Source of the DNA: a bacterium
Lineage (GTDB): Bacteria > Sysuimicrobiota > Sysuimicrobiia > Sysuimicrobiales > Kaftiobacteriaceae
Length of the DNA stretch: 64,000 nt
Assembly (NCBI GenBank): GCA_044868695.1
Contig: JBIOWP010000105.1
Location: 1-64,000 of the forward strand
Direction of reading: 5' to 3'
This document shows positions 8,239 through 21,403 of the stretch, piece by piece. Within the stretch, counting starts at the first letter, position 1; each line of letters starts with the position of its first letter. Under the pieces are notes generated by a model that saw only the letters and a list, made by a program, of their open reading frames with translations, had not been told where the DNA came from and did not search any database. Made by a program: the position numbers and the translations under genes.

Positions 8239-10152
8239 GTGGTCAACCGATACCTGCGAAACCTCGTGGTCTGGGCGATCATCCTCGCGGTCGTCCTCTA
8301 CTTCTTCCTGCCGTTGTACCGGACCCGGACGCCGCGTGAGGAGATCTCCTACAGCGACTTCATCACCCATGCCCAGGCGGGCAGAGTCGAAGAGGTCAAG
8401 ATCGGCGACGAGACCGTGTCCGGCAAGCTCAAGAACGGGCAGGAATTCCGCACGTTTGTCCCTCCGAATGACACCTCCTATTTGACGCTGCTGCAGGCGC
8501 GCGGCGTGCGCATCGACGTAGAACCGAAGTCGAAGACGACGCTGTGGCCCAGCCTGCTGTCCACCATGCTGCCGTTTTTCCTGCTGATCGGCTTATGGCT
8601 GCTGATGCTGCGCCAGGCCCAGAGCGGCAGCAATCAGGCGATGTCGTTCGGCAAGAGCCGCGCGCGCCTGCACACGGAAAACAGGCCCAAAGTCACCTTT
8701 GACGACGTCGCGGGCGTGGACGAGGCGAAGGAGGAACTGCAGGAGGTCATCGAGTTCCTCAAGCACCCGAAGAAGTTCCAGGCCCTGGGCGCCAAGATCC
8801 CGCGCGGGGTGCTCCTGGTCGGCCCGCCGGGCAGCGGTAAGACGCTCCTGGCGAAGGCCGTGGCCGGCGAAGCCGGCGTGCCGTTCTTCTCCATCTCCGG
8901 GTCGGAGTTCGTGGAGATGTTTGTCGGCGTCGGGGCCTCGCGCGTCCGCGACCTCTTCGAGCAGGCCAAGAAGAGCGCGCCCTGCCTGGTCTTCATTGAT
9001 GAGATTGACGCGGTCGGCCGGCAGCGCGGGGCGGGTCTGGGCGGCGGGCACGATGAGCGCGAGCAGACCCTCAACCAGCTGCTCGTGGAGATGGACGGGT
9101 TCGACCCCAACGCCGGGATCATTGTGATCGCCGCCACCAACCGGCCGGACATCCTCGACCCGGCGCTCCTGCGGCCGGGCCGGTTCGACCGGCGTATCGT
9201 CGTGGACAACCCCGACAGCAAAGGCCGCCGGGCCATCCTGGACGTCCACGCGCGGGGGAAACCGCTCTCCGAGGAAGTGAACCTCGAGATCTTGGCCAAG
9301 CACACACCCGGCTTCTCCGGCGCCGACCTGGCCAACTTGGTCAACGAAGCGGCGCTGCTGGCCGCGCGACGCAACAAGAAGAAGATTACGATGTCCGAGA
9401 TGGACGAGGCGATCGAGCGCGTGATCGCCGGTCCGCAGCGGCGCAGCCGCATCCTCAGCCCCAAGGAAAGGGAGATCGCCGCGTACCATGAGGGCGGGCA
9501 CGCCCTGCTGGGCAAGTTGTTGCCCAACGCCGATCCGCCGCACAAAGTGACGATCCTGCCGCGCGGGATGGCGCTCGGGTACGTGATCTCCGCGCCGCCG
9601 GAGGACAAGTACACCTACACCCGGACGGAGCTATTGGACCGGATCACGGCGATGATGGGCGGCCGCGTCGCGGAGGAACTGGTCTTCAACGAGATCACGA
9701 CAGGTGCGCAGAACGACTTTGAGCAGGCCACCGAGCTGGCCCGCAAGATGGTCACCGAGTTTGGGATGAGCGAGAAACTCGGCCCGCTGGCGCTGGGCAA
9801 GCGCCATGGCCCGGTGTTCCTGGGCCGGGATCTCGTCGAGACGCGGAACTACAGCGAGGAGATCGCGTACGAGATTGACAAGGAAGTCCGGCGGATCATC
9901 GACGAGTGCTACGAGCGGGCCCGGGACGTCCTGGTGTCCAACCGCATCGGCCTCGACCGGCTGGCCAAGAACCTGCTGGAGCGGGAAAGCCTGGAGGGAA
10001 CCGAGATTGACCGGGTGATGGCGGGCGAGGTGCTGGAGCCCGAACCGCCGCCACCCGCGGCCGCACCGGCACCGGAAACCAAGCCGGAACCCGCGCGGCC
10101 CGAGACCACCCGCCCGGCGCGCGCCCTGAAGCCCAAGCCGGAGGCGTCCTAA
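8239..10152 (+). CDS. ftsH: ATP-dependent zinc metalloprotease FtsH
   Basis: Two TM helices, Walker [28 protein letters not shown] and HEGGH. Confidence 0.98.
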   Translation: MVNRYLRNLVVWAIILAVVLYFFLPLYRTRTPREEISYSDFITHAQAGRVEEVKIGDETVSGKLKNGQEFRTFVPPNDTSYLTLLQARGVRIDVEPKSKTTLWPSLLSTMLPFFLLIGLWLLMLRQAQSGSNQAMSFGKSRARLHTENRPKVTFDDVAGVDEAKEELQEVIEFLKHPKKFQALGAKIPRGVLLVGPPGSGKTLLAKAVAGEAGVPFFSISGSEFVEMFVGVGASRVRDLFEQAKKSAPCLVFIDEIDAVGRQRGAGLGGGHDEREQTLNQLLVEMDGFDPNAGIIVIAATNRPDILDPALLRPGRFDRRIVVDNPDSKGRRAILDVHARGKPLSEEVNLEILAKHTPGFSGADLANLVNEAALLAARRNKKKITMSEMDEAIERVIAGPQRRSRILSPKEREIAAYHEGGHALLGKLLPNADPPHKVTILPRGMALGYVISAPPEDKYTYTRTELLDRITAMMGGRVAEELVFNEITTGAQNDFEQATELARKMVTEFGMSEKLGPLALGKRHGPVFLGRDLVETRNYSEEIAYEIDKEVRRIIDECYERARDVLVSNRIGLDRLAKNLLERESLEGTEIDRVMAGEVLEPEPPPPAAAPAPETKPEPARPETTRPARALKPKPEAS

Positions 10153-10160
10153 CAGAATAC

Positions 10161-10236
10161 CGGAAACGGGAAACAGGAAGCGGGGAAGATGCCTTCGGGC
10201 TCTTCCCCTTTTTCCTTTTTCCCTCTTCCCTTTCCC
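10161..10236 (+). terminator. ftsH terminator embedded in purine/pyrimidine heptamer repeats
   Basis: GGGGAAGA-TGCC-TTCG-GGC-TCTTCCCC-TTTTT, flanked by CGGAAAC GGGAAAC AGGAAGC and CTTTTTC CCTCTTC CCTTTCC. Confidence 0.7.
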
Positions 10237-10330
10237 GTGGTCTGAGAGGGAGAGTGCGGCGGGTCCGCGAAATCAGGGGGTGCTTCCGGCCGCAGATATA
10301 TCGGAAGACAGCGAGGTCTGGGAGGCGCGA

Positions 10331-10825
10331 ATGCCAACCCGTCAGATCGCCTACGTCGCCGTGCTGGCCGCGGTGTACGCCGTGATTGGACAGATTACCA
10401 GGTTCCTTCCCAATCCCATGGTGCCGGGCGCGAACATCGCACTCAACATGGTGGTCGTGGTCATCGCCGGCATCTTGCTGGGGCCCAGGGCGGGCGCCCT
10501 GGTCGGACTCATCGGAACCTTCGTCAATGCCGTCAGCCCCGCCGGCAATCCGTTCGAGTGGGCGGCGATCATCCCACATACGATCATGGGGTTCACCGCC
10601 GGGGTCGTCGGCGCGAGCAAGCCGGCCGCCGCATCGCTCACGATCCTCGTCGGCCACGTCCTGAACGTCCTGGCGTTCATTATCGCGAAACTGATGCCGG
10701 CCAGCCAGATTGCCGTGACGATCTTCTCGCTGGGGCTGCTGGCCGAGGCTGTGATCGACATCGTGGTCATCCTCGTCGCCACGCCGCTGCTGCGGCCCTT
10801 GGTGAGGCGGCCGGCGCCGGCCTGA
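10331..10825 (+). CDS. ECF transporter substrate-binding (S) component
   Basis: 164 aa, about 6 TM helices, AxxAAVY and GILLGPRAGALVGLIG motifs, GGAGG RBS. Confidence 0.85.
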   Translation: MPTRQIAYVAVLAAVYAVIGQITRFLPNPMVPGANIALNMVVVVIAGILLGPRAGALVGLIGTFVNAVSPAGNPFEWAAIIPHTIMGFTAGVVGASKPAAASLTILVGHVLNVLAFIIAKLMPASQIAVTIFSLGLLAEAVIDIVVILVATPLLRPLVRRPAPA

Positions 10826-10826
10826 C

Positions 10827-11462
10827 GTGCAGGTTGAGGCCCCTCCACATCAGGTCGAGCGCCGGGTCGCGGTCGACCCGCGCACGACCGCGTTGATCGT
10901 CGTCGACATGCAGAACGATTTCGTGAAGCCCGGCGGCGCCCTGGTCGTGGAGCAGGCAATGGGCACGATTCCCGCCGTGCAGCGGCTGCTGGCTCTGGCC
11001 CGCCGCAGCAGCATGGCAATCTTCTTTACGCAGGACACTCACGACCCGGGCGACATGGAGTTCCCCATCTGGGGGCAGCACGTGCTGCGGGGGTCGTGGG
11101 GCTGGCAGATCGTCGAGGAGCTGGCCCCGCAGCCCGGCGAGCGGGTGATTCAGAAACAGCGGTACGACGGGTTTTTCCAAACGAGCCTGGACGATGAACT
11201 GCGCGCGAAGGGCATCAAGAGCGTCGTGGTCTGTGGGACGGTGGCCAACATCTGCGTCCTCCACACGGCCGGCAGCGCGGCGCTGCGGGGCTACAAGGTG
11301 ATCCTGCCGGTCGACGCCGTGTCTGCGATCACGCCGTTCGACCTGCAGGCGGCGATCAGACAAACATCGTTCCTCTATCGGGGGACAATTACCGCGTCGG
11401 ATGCAATTAACGCAAGTCAAGACGGGACCAGGGACCAGGGACCAGGGACCGGTGCGCGGTAA
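10827..11462 (+). CDS. Isochorismatase-family cysteine hydrolase (nicotinamidase-like)
   Basis: ALIVVDMQNDF, TQDTH, WGQH, KQRYDGF and GTVANICV. Confidence 0.9.
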   Translation: MQVEAPPHQVERRVAVDPRTTALIVVDMQNDFVKPGGALVVEQAMGTIPAVQRLLALARRSSMAIFFTQDTHDPGDMEFPIWGQHVLRGSWGWQIVEELAPQPGERVIQKQRYDGFFQTSLDDELRAKGIKSVVVCGTVANICVLHTAGSAALRGYKVILPVDAVSAITPFDLQAAIRQTSFLYRGTITASDAINASQDGTRDQGPGTGAR

Positions 11463-11490
11463 GCTTTCTGGTCCCGGGTCCCCGGTGCCT
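11424..11490. repeat. GGGACCA heptamer inverted-repeat element
   Basis: (GGGACCA)3 GGGACCG ... TGGTCCC GGGTCCC CGGTGCC. Confidence 0.8.
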
Positions 11491-11514
11491 TAGTTCAGAC
11501 GTAGGGGGTGTTCA

Positions 11515-12201
11515 GTGGCTCGTGACCGTCTCGTGAAGAAAACCGGCCTGAGCTGGGTGCCGGTCACCATCTATATCGGTGTTGTGGTGGCGGTGAGCGC
11601 GGGGTTGTTTTCCTGGGACTATCTCTACCGCCGCAGGCAGGAGGAGGCACTGCGGCCGCCCTCTCCCGATGTGCTGGCCAAGAACCTGGTCGAGAATATC
11701 ATTGGCCGCGGTTCGGTGCGAGACATCAAGCTGGATGAGGGCGCGGGGACCGTCGAGGTCACGTTTGAATCTGCCACCTATCCGCCGGCGGCGCGGGCTG
11801 TGGTGGGCGGCGAGGTCGTCTCCAAGGGCCTCGACCAGGTGATGATCGGGCTGCGAGTCGTCAAGGGCGATCCGCTGGTGTACGTGCGGACTCCCGACGG
11901 CAAGACCGTCGTGGCCGCGCAGGCGGAGTACACGGGCCGGGTGGTGCAGGTGCTGGTCAAGTCCGGCGACAAGGTCGAGGAAGGCCGGGCGACGGTGCTC
12001 ATCGAGCCCGAAGACAAGACCGACGCGCGGAAGAACCTCGAGACCGAGGGGCTGCTGGCCTCACAGGTCATCATGGGTCAGCTGACGACGATCAAATCGG
12101 TGACCGCAAAGATCGTGTACAAGGATATTACCCTCGCCACGGTATTGGGTAAGCGGGGCGAACGGAGCGTCACGGCATCCTACCACGAAAGCCTGCAGTA
12201 A
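11515..12201 (+). CDS. Membrane-anchored hypothetical protein with an internal biotinyl/lipoyl-like domain
   Basis: N-terminal TM helix; internal segment GLRVVKGDPLVYV...AEYTGRVVQVLVKSGDKVEEGRATVLIE. Confidence 0.7.
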   Translation: MARDRLVKKTGLSWVPVTIYIGVVVAVSAGLFSWDYLYRRRQEEALRPPSPDVLAKNLVENIIGRGSVRDIKLDEGAGTVEVTFESATYPPAARAVVGGEVVSKGLDQVMIGLRVVKGDPLVYVRTPDGKTVVAAQAEYTGRVVQVLVKSGDKVEEGRATVLIEPEDKTDARKNLETEGLLASQVIMGQLTTIKSVTAKIVYKDITLATVLGKRGERSVTASYHESLQ

Positions 12202-12214
12202 CGCGCGGTGACGA

Positions 12215-15412
<3,198 letters not shown>

Positions 15413-15426
<14 letters not shown>

Positions 15427-15766
15427 TTTCTATTCATCCGTGTTTGCTGAGCAGTTGAGGGACGGCCGGAAGACGGCCACGATCCGGCTGGGTGACAAGC
15501 GGGACAAATATGAGACCGGACAGATCGTCTGGCTGACCGTCGGCCGGCGCTTTGGGACGCGCAAGAAGATTGCTCCGGCGATTATCGATTCGGTCGAAGT
15601 GAAGGCGCTGCGCGAGGTGACGCCGCGGGAGATCCAGCGCGACAACCCGGAGCTGCGCCGGCACGAGGAACTGGTCGAGTTTCTTACCAACATCTACGGG
15701 CGCGAGCGGATCATCACCCTGGAGGACACGGTGACCGTCATCCACTTCTCGCGGATCGAGGAGTAG
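15413..15766 (+). CDS. ASCH domain protein
   Basis: LNF...[11 protein letters not shown] (GxKxxTxR) motif; GAGGAGG RBS inside the hutU 3' end. Confidence 0.8.
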
Positions 15767-15771
15767 ACTGC

Positions 15772-16842
15772 ATGCTGCGCGTCGGCGTGATCGGCACAGG
15801 GTTCGGCGCGCAGGTGCAGATTCCGGCTTTCCTGGCGCACCCGCGGGTCCAGGTGGTTGCCGTGGCCAGCGGGACGCCGGGCAAAGCCCGGCAGGTTGCC
15901 TCGCGCTTCGAGATCCCGCATGCCTTCGACGACGCCCGCCAGATGCTGGCAGAGATAGAGCTGGACCTCGTCAGCATCACGTCTCCTCCTGACACGCACC
16001 ATCCTCTGAGCCTGGCGGCCTTCACCCGCGGCCGCCACGTGCTCTGTGAGAAGCCGATCGCGCTGTCCGCAGGCCAGGCCCACGAGATGCTGGAGGGAGC
16101 CGTGCGGGCGCGCGTCACCCACGTCATGGATCACGAGCTGCGGTTCAATCCGAACAGGCGGAAGATCGCCTCCCTTATCGAGCAGGGTTTCATCGGCACG
16201 CCGCGGCACGCGCTGATCACCGTCGTCGGTGCGGCGCGCGCCGACCCAACGAAACCGTGGACGTGGTGGATGGACGCCGCGCGCGGCGGAGGAATCCTCG
16301 GCGCCCAGGGGTCGCACCAGATCGATTCGCTCCGCTACTTCCTGGGCGAAATCACGGCCGCCTCCGGCACGACGGAGACCTATATCAAGGAGAGGCCGGA
16401 TCCGGAGCGGGGCGGGCGGCGCCGGGTGACCGCCGATGACTTCGCCTCATTTTCGGTCCGGTTCGCGTCGGGGGCGGTGGGCACAGTTGTTAACAGCGGC
16501 GTCGCCTCGCACGGCGTGGGGCCCAGGGCGGAGATCTGGGGGGCGGAGGGGACCCTCGTGCTCGATGGGGAGGAGCGCCTGTGGGGTGCGAAGCGAGGCG
16601 AGAGTCTGAAGGAGCTCAGCGAGCCCGAAACGCTGAAGGCGCCCTCCGGCATGGACTACTCGCCTCTGTGGGGGCTGTCATTCATCCGTCTGGCCGATCA
16701 CGTCGTCAGCACGATCCTCGACCACGCCCCGATCGCGCCGGCCGCGACGTTTGCCGATGGGCTGCAGGTGCAGCGGGTGATGGACGCGGTGCGCGCGTCC
16801 GCCGGGCGGTGGATCGAAATCCCGCCCGCGGACGCGCTTTAG
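15772..16842 (+). CDS. Gfo/Idh/MocA-family oxidoreductase
   Basis: RVGVIGTGFG, HVLCEKP and GGGILGAQGSHQID. Confidence 0.92.
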   Translation: MLRVGVIGTGFGAQVQIPAFLAHPRVQVVAVASGTPGKARQVASRFEIPHAFDDARQMLAEIELDLVSITSPPDTHHPLSLAAFTRGRHVLCEKPIALSAGQAHEMLEGAVRARVTHVMDHELRFNPNRRKIASLIEQGFIGTPRHALITVVGAARADPTKPWTWWMDAARGGGILGAQGSHQIDSLRYFLGEITAASGTTETYIKERPDPERGGRRRVTADDFASFSVRFASGAVGTVVNSGVASHGVGPRAEIWGAEGTLVLDGEERLWGAKRGESLKELSEPETLKAPSGMDYSPLWGLSFIRLADHVVSTILDHAPIAPAATFADGLQVQRVMDAVRASAGRWIEIPPADAL

Positions 16843-17594
16843 CGTGCGTGGGCGAGGAAGAAGCTCCGCCCGATGTGTCCCTGCATGCCGAGGTCATGCT
16901 CCGCGTCGAAGGCGGCAATCTCTTCAAAGCCGGCGGAGCGCAGGGCTGCCGTGATGTCGTCTGCCGCGTAGCAGCGCTGGTACAGCGTCACGTCGCTCCG
17001 CTGCCACGCGCCCTGGTCCAGCCTAAACATCGTCAGATCTGAGCGCGCGACCCTCGTCTGGGGATCATAGGACGACCGGTTCACCAGGGCGTGATCGACC
17101 TCCGTGATGCCGAAGGATCCGCGCCACCGGGCCTGGTACCCCGGTTCCATGTTGAAGTCGCACAGAAACGGCGCGCCGGCTTTGAGCGCGGCCCGGATGT
17201 TCCGGAATGCCGTGCCCAGCTCATCCGGATGCATCAGGTGGTTGAGGCTGTCGAACAGGCACACGGCGGCATCGTGGGACGGCGGCAGGGTCACGGTCCT
17301 GACGTCGGCGTGAATGAACTCGGCGCCGGGTGCAATTGAGCGCGCGAACGTCAGCATCTGCTCCGAGCCGTCGACGCCGGTGACACGATAGCCGCGCTGC
17401 ACCAGCTCGCCGACCAGTTGTCCCGTCCCGCAGCACAGATCGAGAATCCGGCCGCCCCGCGGCACGCGGGTCAGGACAAGGCGTTCCACGATGGGAAGCG
17501 CCCGGGATATGAACGACGTCGGCCCGGAGCCCCAATACTTCTGGTAGAACCAGGCGAAGGTGTCGTACCCTGACGGAGAAGTCTCAGGCGTCAC
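16839..17594 (-). CDS. Class I SAM-dependent methyltransferase
   Basis: ILDLCCGTG, GVDGSEQM and CLFDSLNH. Confidence 0.9.
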   Translation of the reverse strand: MTPETSPSGYDTFAWFYQKYWGSGPTSFISRALPIVERLVLTRVPRGGRILDLCCGTGQLVGELVQRGYRVTGVDGSEQMLTFARSIAPGAEFIHADVRTVTLPPSHDAAVCLFDSLNHLMHPDELGTAFRNIRAALKAGAPFLCDFNMEPGYQARWRGSFGITEVDHALVNRSSYDPQTRVARSDLTMFRLDQGAWQRSDVTLYQRCYAADDITAALRSAGFEEIAAFDAEHDLGMQGHIGRSFFLAHAR

Positions 17595-18193
17595 GATGGA
17601 CGCTCAGGCGGGACGCTCAGATGAGCGGCAGGGATCGCCCGGGCGAGGTAGATGGCCGGCGAGGCCTGGAAGAACTGCACGCCGGCCTCGTGCGCCTGCC
17701 GGGCGAGCACGGTGACCACGACCGCCCCAGGGCTGTGCCGTTGCCCGATGGTCAGCGCATCCTGCCGTGTGGCCGACAGATGCACGAACTGCCGTCCCTG
17801 CGGCATGAGGCCCTCGTTCCGGATCGCGTCGAGCACGGCGGGCGGCGTCCCATGGTACAGCCACTCCGGTGGAACGACCGGTTTCCCGGGCGTCTCGATC
17901 GGAATGCTGTGGCCGTACCGGGCGCGGACGCGGCTGCCGTCGATCTCGTAGCGCTTGGCGTCTTGCTGCGCCGCCGCCCGCAGGACGGTCTCCGTGATCC
18001 CCGACCACCCGGGCTGCGCGGCGATCGCCGCTGCCAGGGTCTCCAGCTCGACGAACCCCGACGGGTCCAGTGAGATCCCGATGCTGTCCGGTTTGTGCCG
18101 CAGCACGAGCGCCAGGAACCGGCCCAGCCGGTCCGCCTGGTCTTCTGGACGTGGGGGACGTCCTCTCATCTGGCGCAGCGTGTTCTCTAGCAC
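17591..18193 (-). CDS. kptA: RNA:NAD 2'-phosphotransferase (Tpt1/KptA)
   Basis: LALVLRH, KRYE, RARYGHS, LYHGT and RQFVHLS. GTG start with GAGGAG RBS. Confidence 0.92.
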   Translation of the reverse strand: MLENTLRQMRGRPPRPEDQADRLGRFLALVLRHKPDSIGISLDPSGFVELETLAAAIAAQPGWSGITETVLRAAAQQDAKRYEIDGSRVRARYGHSIPIETPGKPVVPPEWLYHGTPPAVLDAIRNEGLMPQGRQFVHLSATRQDALTIGQRHSPGAVVVTVLARQAHEAGVQFFQASPAIYLARAIPAAHLSVPPERPS

Positions 18194-18271
18194 GGGTGCG
18201 CGCTCCTCTGAGGCATCGAGGAGAAGATTCCGAGCGCACAGAAAACTAGGTACGGTTTTCCGAGGACACAG

Positions 18272-19168
18272 ATGCCTCAGCAGCTGGTCGAGTGCGTCCC
18301 CAATTTTAGCGAAGGCCGGCGCCGTGACGTGATTGATGCGATTGCGGAGGAGATTCGCCGCGCGGCAGGGGCCCGGCTGCTGGACGTCCAGGCCGACGAG
18401 AGCCACAATCGGTGTGTCGTCACGTTTGTTGGGACGCTCGATGCGGTAAAGGCCGCGGCGCTGGCCGCCGCGCGCCGGGCGGTGGCGCTCATCGACATGA
18501 CCGCTCATCGGGGGGAGCATCCCCGGCTGGGCGCAGTGGACGTGATTCCGTTAGTTCCTATTTCCGGGGTGACGATGGAGGAGTGCGTCGCGGCGTCGCA
18601 TGACTTAGGCCGGCAGATCTGGAAGGCCCTGCGGGTCCCTGTGTACTTCTACGCCGAAGCGGCCACCCGGCCGGAGCGCCGCCGCCTCCCCGATATCCGG
18701 AGGGGCGAGTACGAAGGGCTTGCGGAGAAGATGCTCGATCCAGCCTGGGGGCCGGACGCCGGCGACCCGAAGCCGCACCCGACCGCGGGGGCGACCGTTG
18801 TCGGGGCCCGGCGGCCGCTGATCGCGTACAACATCAACCTGGCGACCGGCGACGTCGAGATTGCGAAGAAGGTCGCCAAGGCCGTGCGCGAGAGCAGCGG
18901 CGGGCTGGTCGCCGTGCAGGCGATGGGCGTGGTCAGCTCGGGGGGCCAGGCGCAGGTCTCGATGAATCTGCTCGACTACACAAAGACGTCCGTGTCCCAT
19001 GCGTTCGAGCAGGTGCGGATCGAAGCCGCCCGCTTCGGCGTGGACCTTCTGGAGAGCGAGGTGGTCGGCCTGATCCCCCTGGACGCGGTTGTCGACGCGG
19101 CGCGCTCCTCCCTCCGGCTGCGGGATTTCCGGCGAGAGCAGATTCTGGAAACCCGGCTCATGGAATGA
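18272..19168 (+). CDS. ftcd: Glutamate formimidoyltransferase
   Basis: LVECVPNFSEGR, HNRCV, HRGEHPRLGAVDV and QVSMNL. Confidence 0.95.
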   Translation: MPQQLVECVPNFSEGRRRDVIDAIAEEIRRAAGARLLDVQADESHNRCVVTFVGTLDAVKAAALAAARRAVALIDMTAHRGEHPRLGAVDVIPLVPISGVTMEECVAASHDLGRQIWKALRVPVYFYAEAATRPERRRLPDIRRGEYEGLAEKMLDPAWGPDAGDPKPHPTAGATVVGARRPLIAYNINLATGDVEIAKKVAKAVRESSGGLVAVQAMGVVSSGGQAQVSMNLLDYTKTSVSHAFEQVRIEAARFGVDLLESEVVGLIPLDAVVDAARSSLRLRDFRREQILETRLME

Positions 19169-20433
19169 CGAAGGCCGCGGTCGATCTGCTGATCGTCCAC
19201 GCGGCGCAGCTGCTGACGCTGGCGGGAGCGAATGAGCGGCCGCGCACCGGAGGGGCTCTGGCGGAGCTGGGCCTCGTCCCGGACGGCGCCGTCGCCGCCG
19301 CGGACGGCGTGATTGTCGCGGCCGGCCCGACCGCGCAGGTGATGGATGAGGCCGCGCCCGGCCCGCACGGCCAGGTCATTGACGGGTCCGGCCGCGTGGT
19401 GCTGCCGGGACTGGTCGATCCGCACACGCATCTCATCTTCGCGGGGTCTCGCGCGGACGAGTTCGAGATGCGCCTGGCCGGCGCGACGTACCAGGAGATC
19501 TCCCGCGCGGGCGGGGGAATCGCGTCCACCATGGCGGCCACCCGCGCGGCGACCGAAGAACAACTCCTCGACGCAGGGCGCCTGCGGCTCGACCGGATGC
19601 TGGCCCACGGCACCACGACCGCTGAAGTCAAGAGCGGCTATGGCCTGACCGTCGAAGACGAACTCAAGTGCCTGCGGGTGGCTCATCGCCTGAGCGCGTC
19701 TCATGACGTGGATGTCATCCCGACGTTTCTCGGCGCGCACGCCGTCCCGCCGGAACGCCGGAACGATCCCGACGGATACGTACGCCTCGTGATCGAGGAG
19801 ATGCTGCCCGCGGTGGTAGAGGAAGATCTGGCCGAGTTCTGCGACGTGTTCTGCGAGGCGGGCGCGTTTACGCTGGAGCAGGCGCGCGCGGTGCTGGAGG
19901 CCGGGGTCGAAGCCGGATTAGATCCAAAGATCCACGCGGACGAACTGTCGGACCTGGGCGGCGCGGCGCTGGCCGCCGACGTCGAAGCGGTATCGGCCGA
20001 TCACCTCCTGTGCGCGTCCGATGAGGGTCTCGCGGCCATGGCGAACGCGGGGTCGATCGCCGTCCTGCTGCCGGGGACTGCGCTCTTTCTGGGCCTGCCG
20101 TATGCGCGGGCGCGCCGGATGATCGACCTGGGAGTCCCTATCGCGGTGGGGACCGACTTCAACCCCGGCACGTCGCCGACCTACTCGATGCCGATGATCA
20201 TCTCCCTCGCATGCCTGGGGATGCGGCTCACTCCGGCCGAGGCGATCGTCGCGGCGACGATCAATGCGGCGCACGCCATCGCGGCCGCGGAGGAAGTCGG
20301 CAGCCTGGAAGTGGGAAAAGCCGCGGACATCGTCATCCTCGACGACCCCGACTACCGCCATTTGGCGATGCACTTTGGGGTCAACCCCGTCGTGGGCGTC
20401 GTCAAGCGGGGCCAGGTCGTGCGCGGGCCGTGA
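19165..20433 (+). CDS. hutI: Imidazolonepropionase
   Basis: PGLVDPHTH, EVKSGYGL, DVFCE, HADEL and TDFNPG. Confidence 0.96.
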   Translation: MTKAAVDLLIVHAAQLLTLAGANERPRTGGALAELGLVPDGAVAAADGVIVAAGPTAQVMDEAAPGPHGQVIDGSGRVVLPGLVDPHTHLIFAGSRADEFEMRLAGATYQEISRAGGGIASTMAATRAATEEQLLDAGRLRLDRMLAHGTTTAEVKSGYGLTVEDELKCLRVAHRLSASHDVDVIPTFLGAHAVPPERRNDPDGYVRLVIEEMLPAVVEEDLAEFCDVFCEAGAFTLEQARAVLEAGVEAGLDPKIHADELSDLGGAALAADVEAVSADHLLCASDEGLAAMANAGSIAVLLPGTALFLGLPYARARRMIDLGVPIAVGTDFNPGTSPTYSMPMIISLACLGMRLTPAEAIVAATINAAHAIAAAEEVGSLEVGKAADIVILDDPDYRHLAMHFGVNPVVGVVKRGQVVRGP

Positions 20434-21044
20434 AAGACCTCTCCGTTGCCCAGTTCCTGGACCGGCTGGCCTCCTCGGATCCCACTCCCGGGGGCGGATC
20501 CGTAGCGGCGCTGGCCGGCGCAGCCGCGGCCGGCCTTATCGCGATGGTCTCGCGCCTGTCGGTTGGTAAGGGCGGGGACGACGCGGCGCTGGAGCGTACG
20601 CTGGCCGCCGCCGAGAAGGAACGTCACGACATGCTGGAACTCGCATCGCGCGACGCGGATGCCTTTGACGCGGTCATGCGCGCGATGAGGCTGCCCAAGC
20701 AGTCCGAAGAGGAGAAGCGGCGCCGTCAGTCGGTGCTGCAGGATGCACTGAAGGGCGCGGCCGGCGTCCCGCTGGAGGTCGCGTCTCGTTCCGTAACGCT
20801 TCTGGAGGCCTCGGGCGACTTGGCGCGCGCGGGCAACCCCAACGTCATCAGCGACGTGGGTGTGGCGGTACTCCTGGCGTTTGCGTCGGCCCAGGGAGCT
20901 CTCCTCAACGTGCGGATCAATCTGCAGGCGATCAAGGATCAGGCGTTTCGGACGGAGACGTCGGCGCGTGTCCGGACTCTGACCCAGCGGGCCGAGGTCC
21001 TGCGAGACGAAGCCTTGGCGGCCGTGGACCAGCGCCTGCCGTGA
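20430..21044 (+). CDS. Formiminotetrahydrofolate cyclodeaminase (FTCD_C/FchA family)
   Basis: LASSDPTPGGGSVAAL, GNPNVISD and NVRINL. GTG start overlaps the hutI stop. Confidence 0.9.
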   Translation: MKDLSVAQFLDRLASSDPTPGGGSVAALAGAAAAGLIAMVSRLSVGKGGDDAALERTLAAAEKERHDMLELASRDADAFDAVMRAMRLPKQSEEEKRRRQSVLQDALKGAAGVPLEVASRSVTLLEASGDLARAGNPNVISDVGVAVLLAFASAQGALLNVRINLQAIKDQAFRTETSARVRTLTQRAEVLRDEALAAVDQRLP

Positions 21045-21403
21045 GCGATCGCCTTTTCTTGTCGGGGATGCGATTCTTCGCCCACCACGGCGTCCTGGCC
21101 GAGGAACGGACCCAGGGTCAGCAGTTTCTCGTGGATGTGGAACTGGAGGCCGATCTTCGACCGGCGGGACGGCGCGACGATCTGTCGCTGACCGCGGACT
21201 ACCGGCGCGCCTATGAGGTCGTGAAGAACGTCATGGAGGGTGAGCCGCGCGACCTGATCGAAACGCTGGCCGAGACCATCGCCGCGCAGCTGCTGGCGCT
21301 GGACCGCGTTTCCGGAGTCACGGTGCGGGTGCGCAAGCCGGAGGTGAAGCTTCCGGGACCGCTGGAGTGGTCGGGGGTCGAGATTCACCGCCGCCGCGCA
21401 TGA
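21041..21403 (+). CDS. folB: Dihydroneopterin aldolase
   Basis: FFAHHGV..EERTQGQQF, DY, LIETLA and VRKP. Confidence 0.95.
   Translation: MSDRLFLSGMRFFAHHGVLAEERTQGQQFLVDVELEADLRPAGRRDDLSLTADYRRAYEVVKNVMEGEPRDLIETLAETIAAQLLALDRVSGVTVRVRKPEVKLPGPLEWSGVEIHRRRA

Noticed and set aside
6658..8370. Long minus-strand ORFs opposite tilS, and similar ones opposite ftsH, clpC, radA and the cox genes
   Set aside because: Shadow frames with no recognisable motifs, overlapping well-supported genes.
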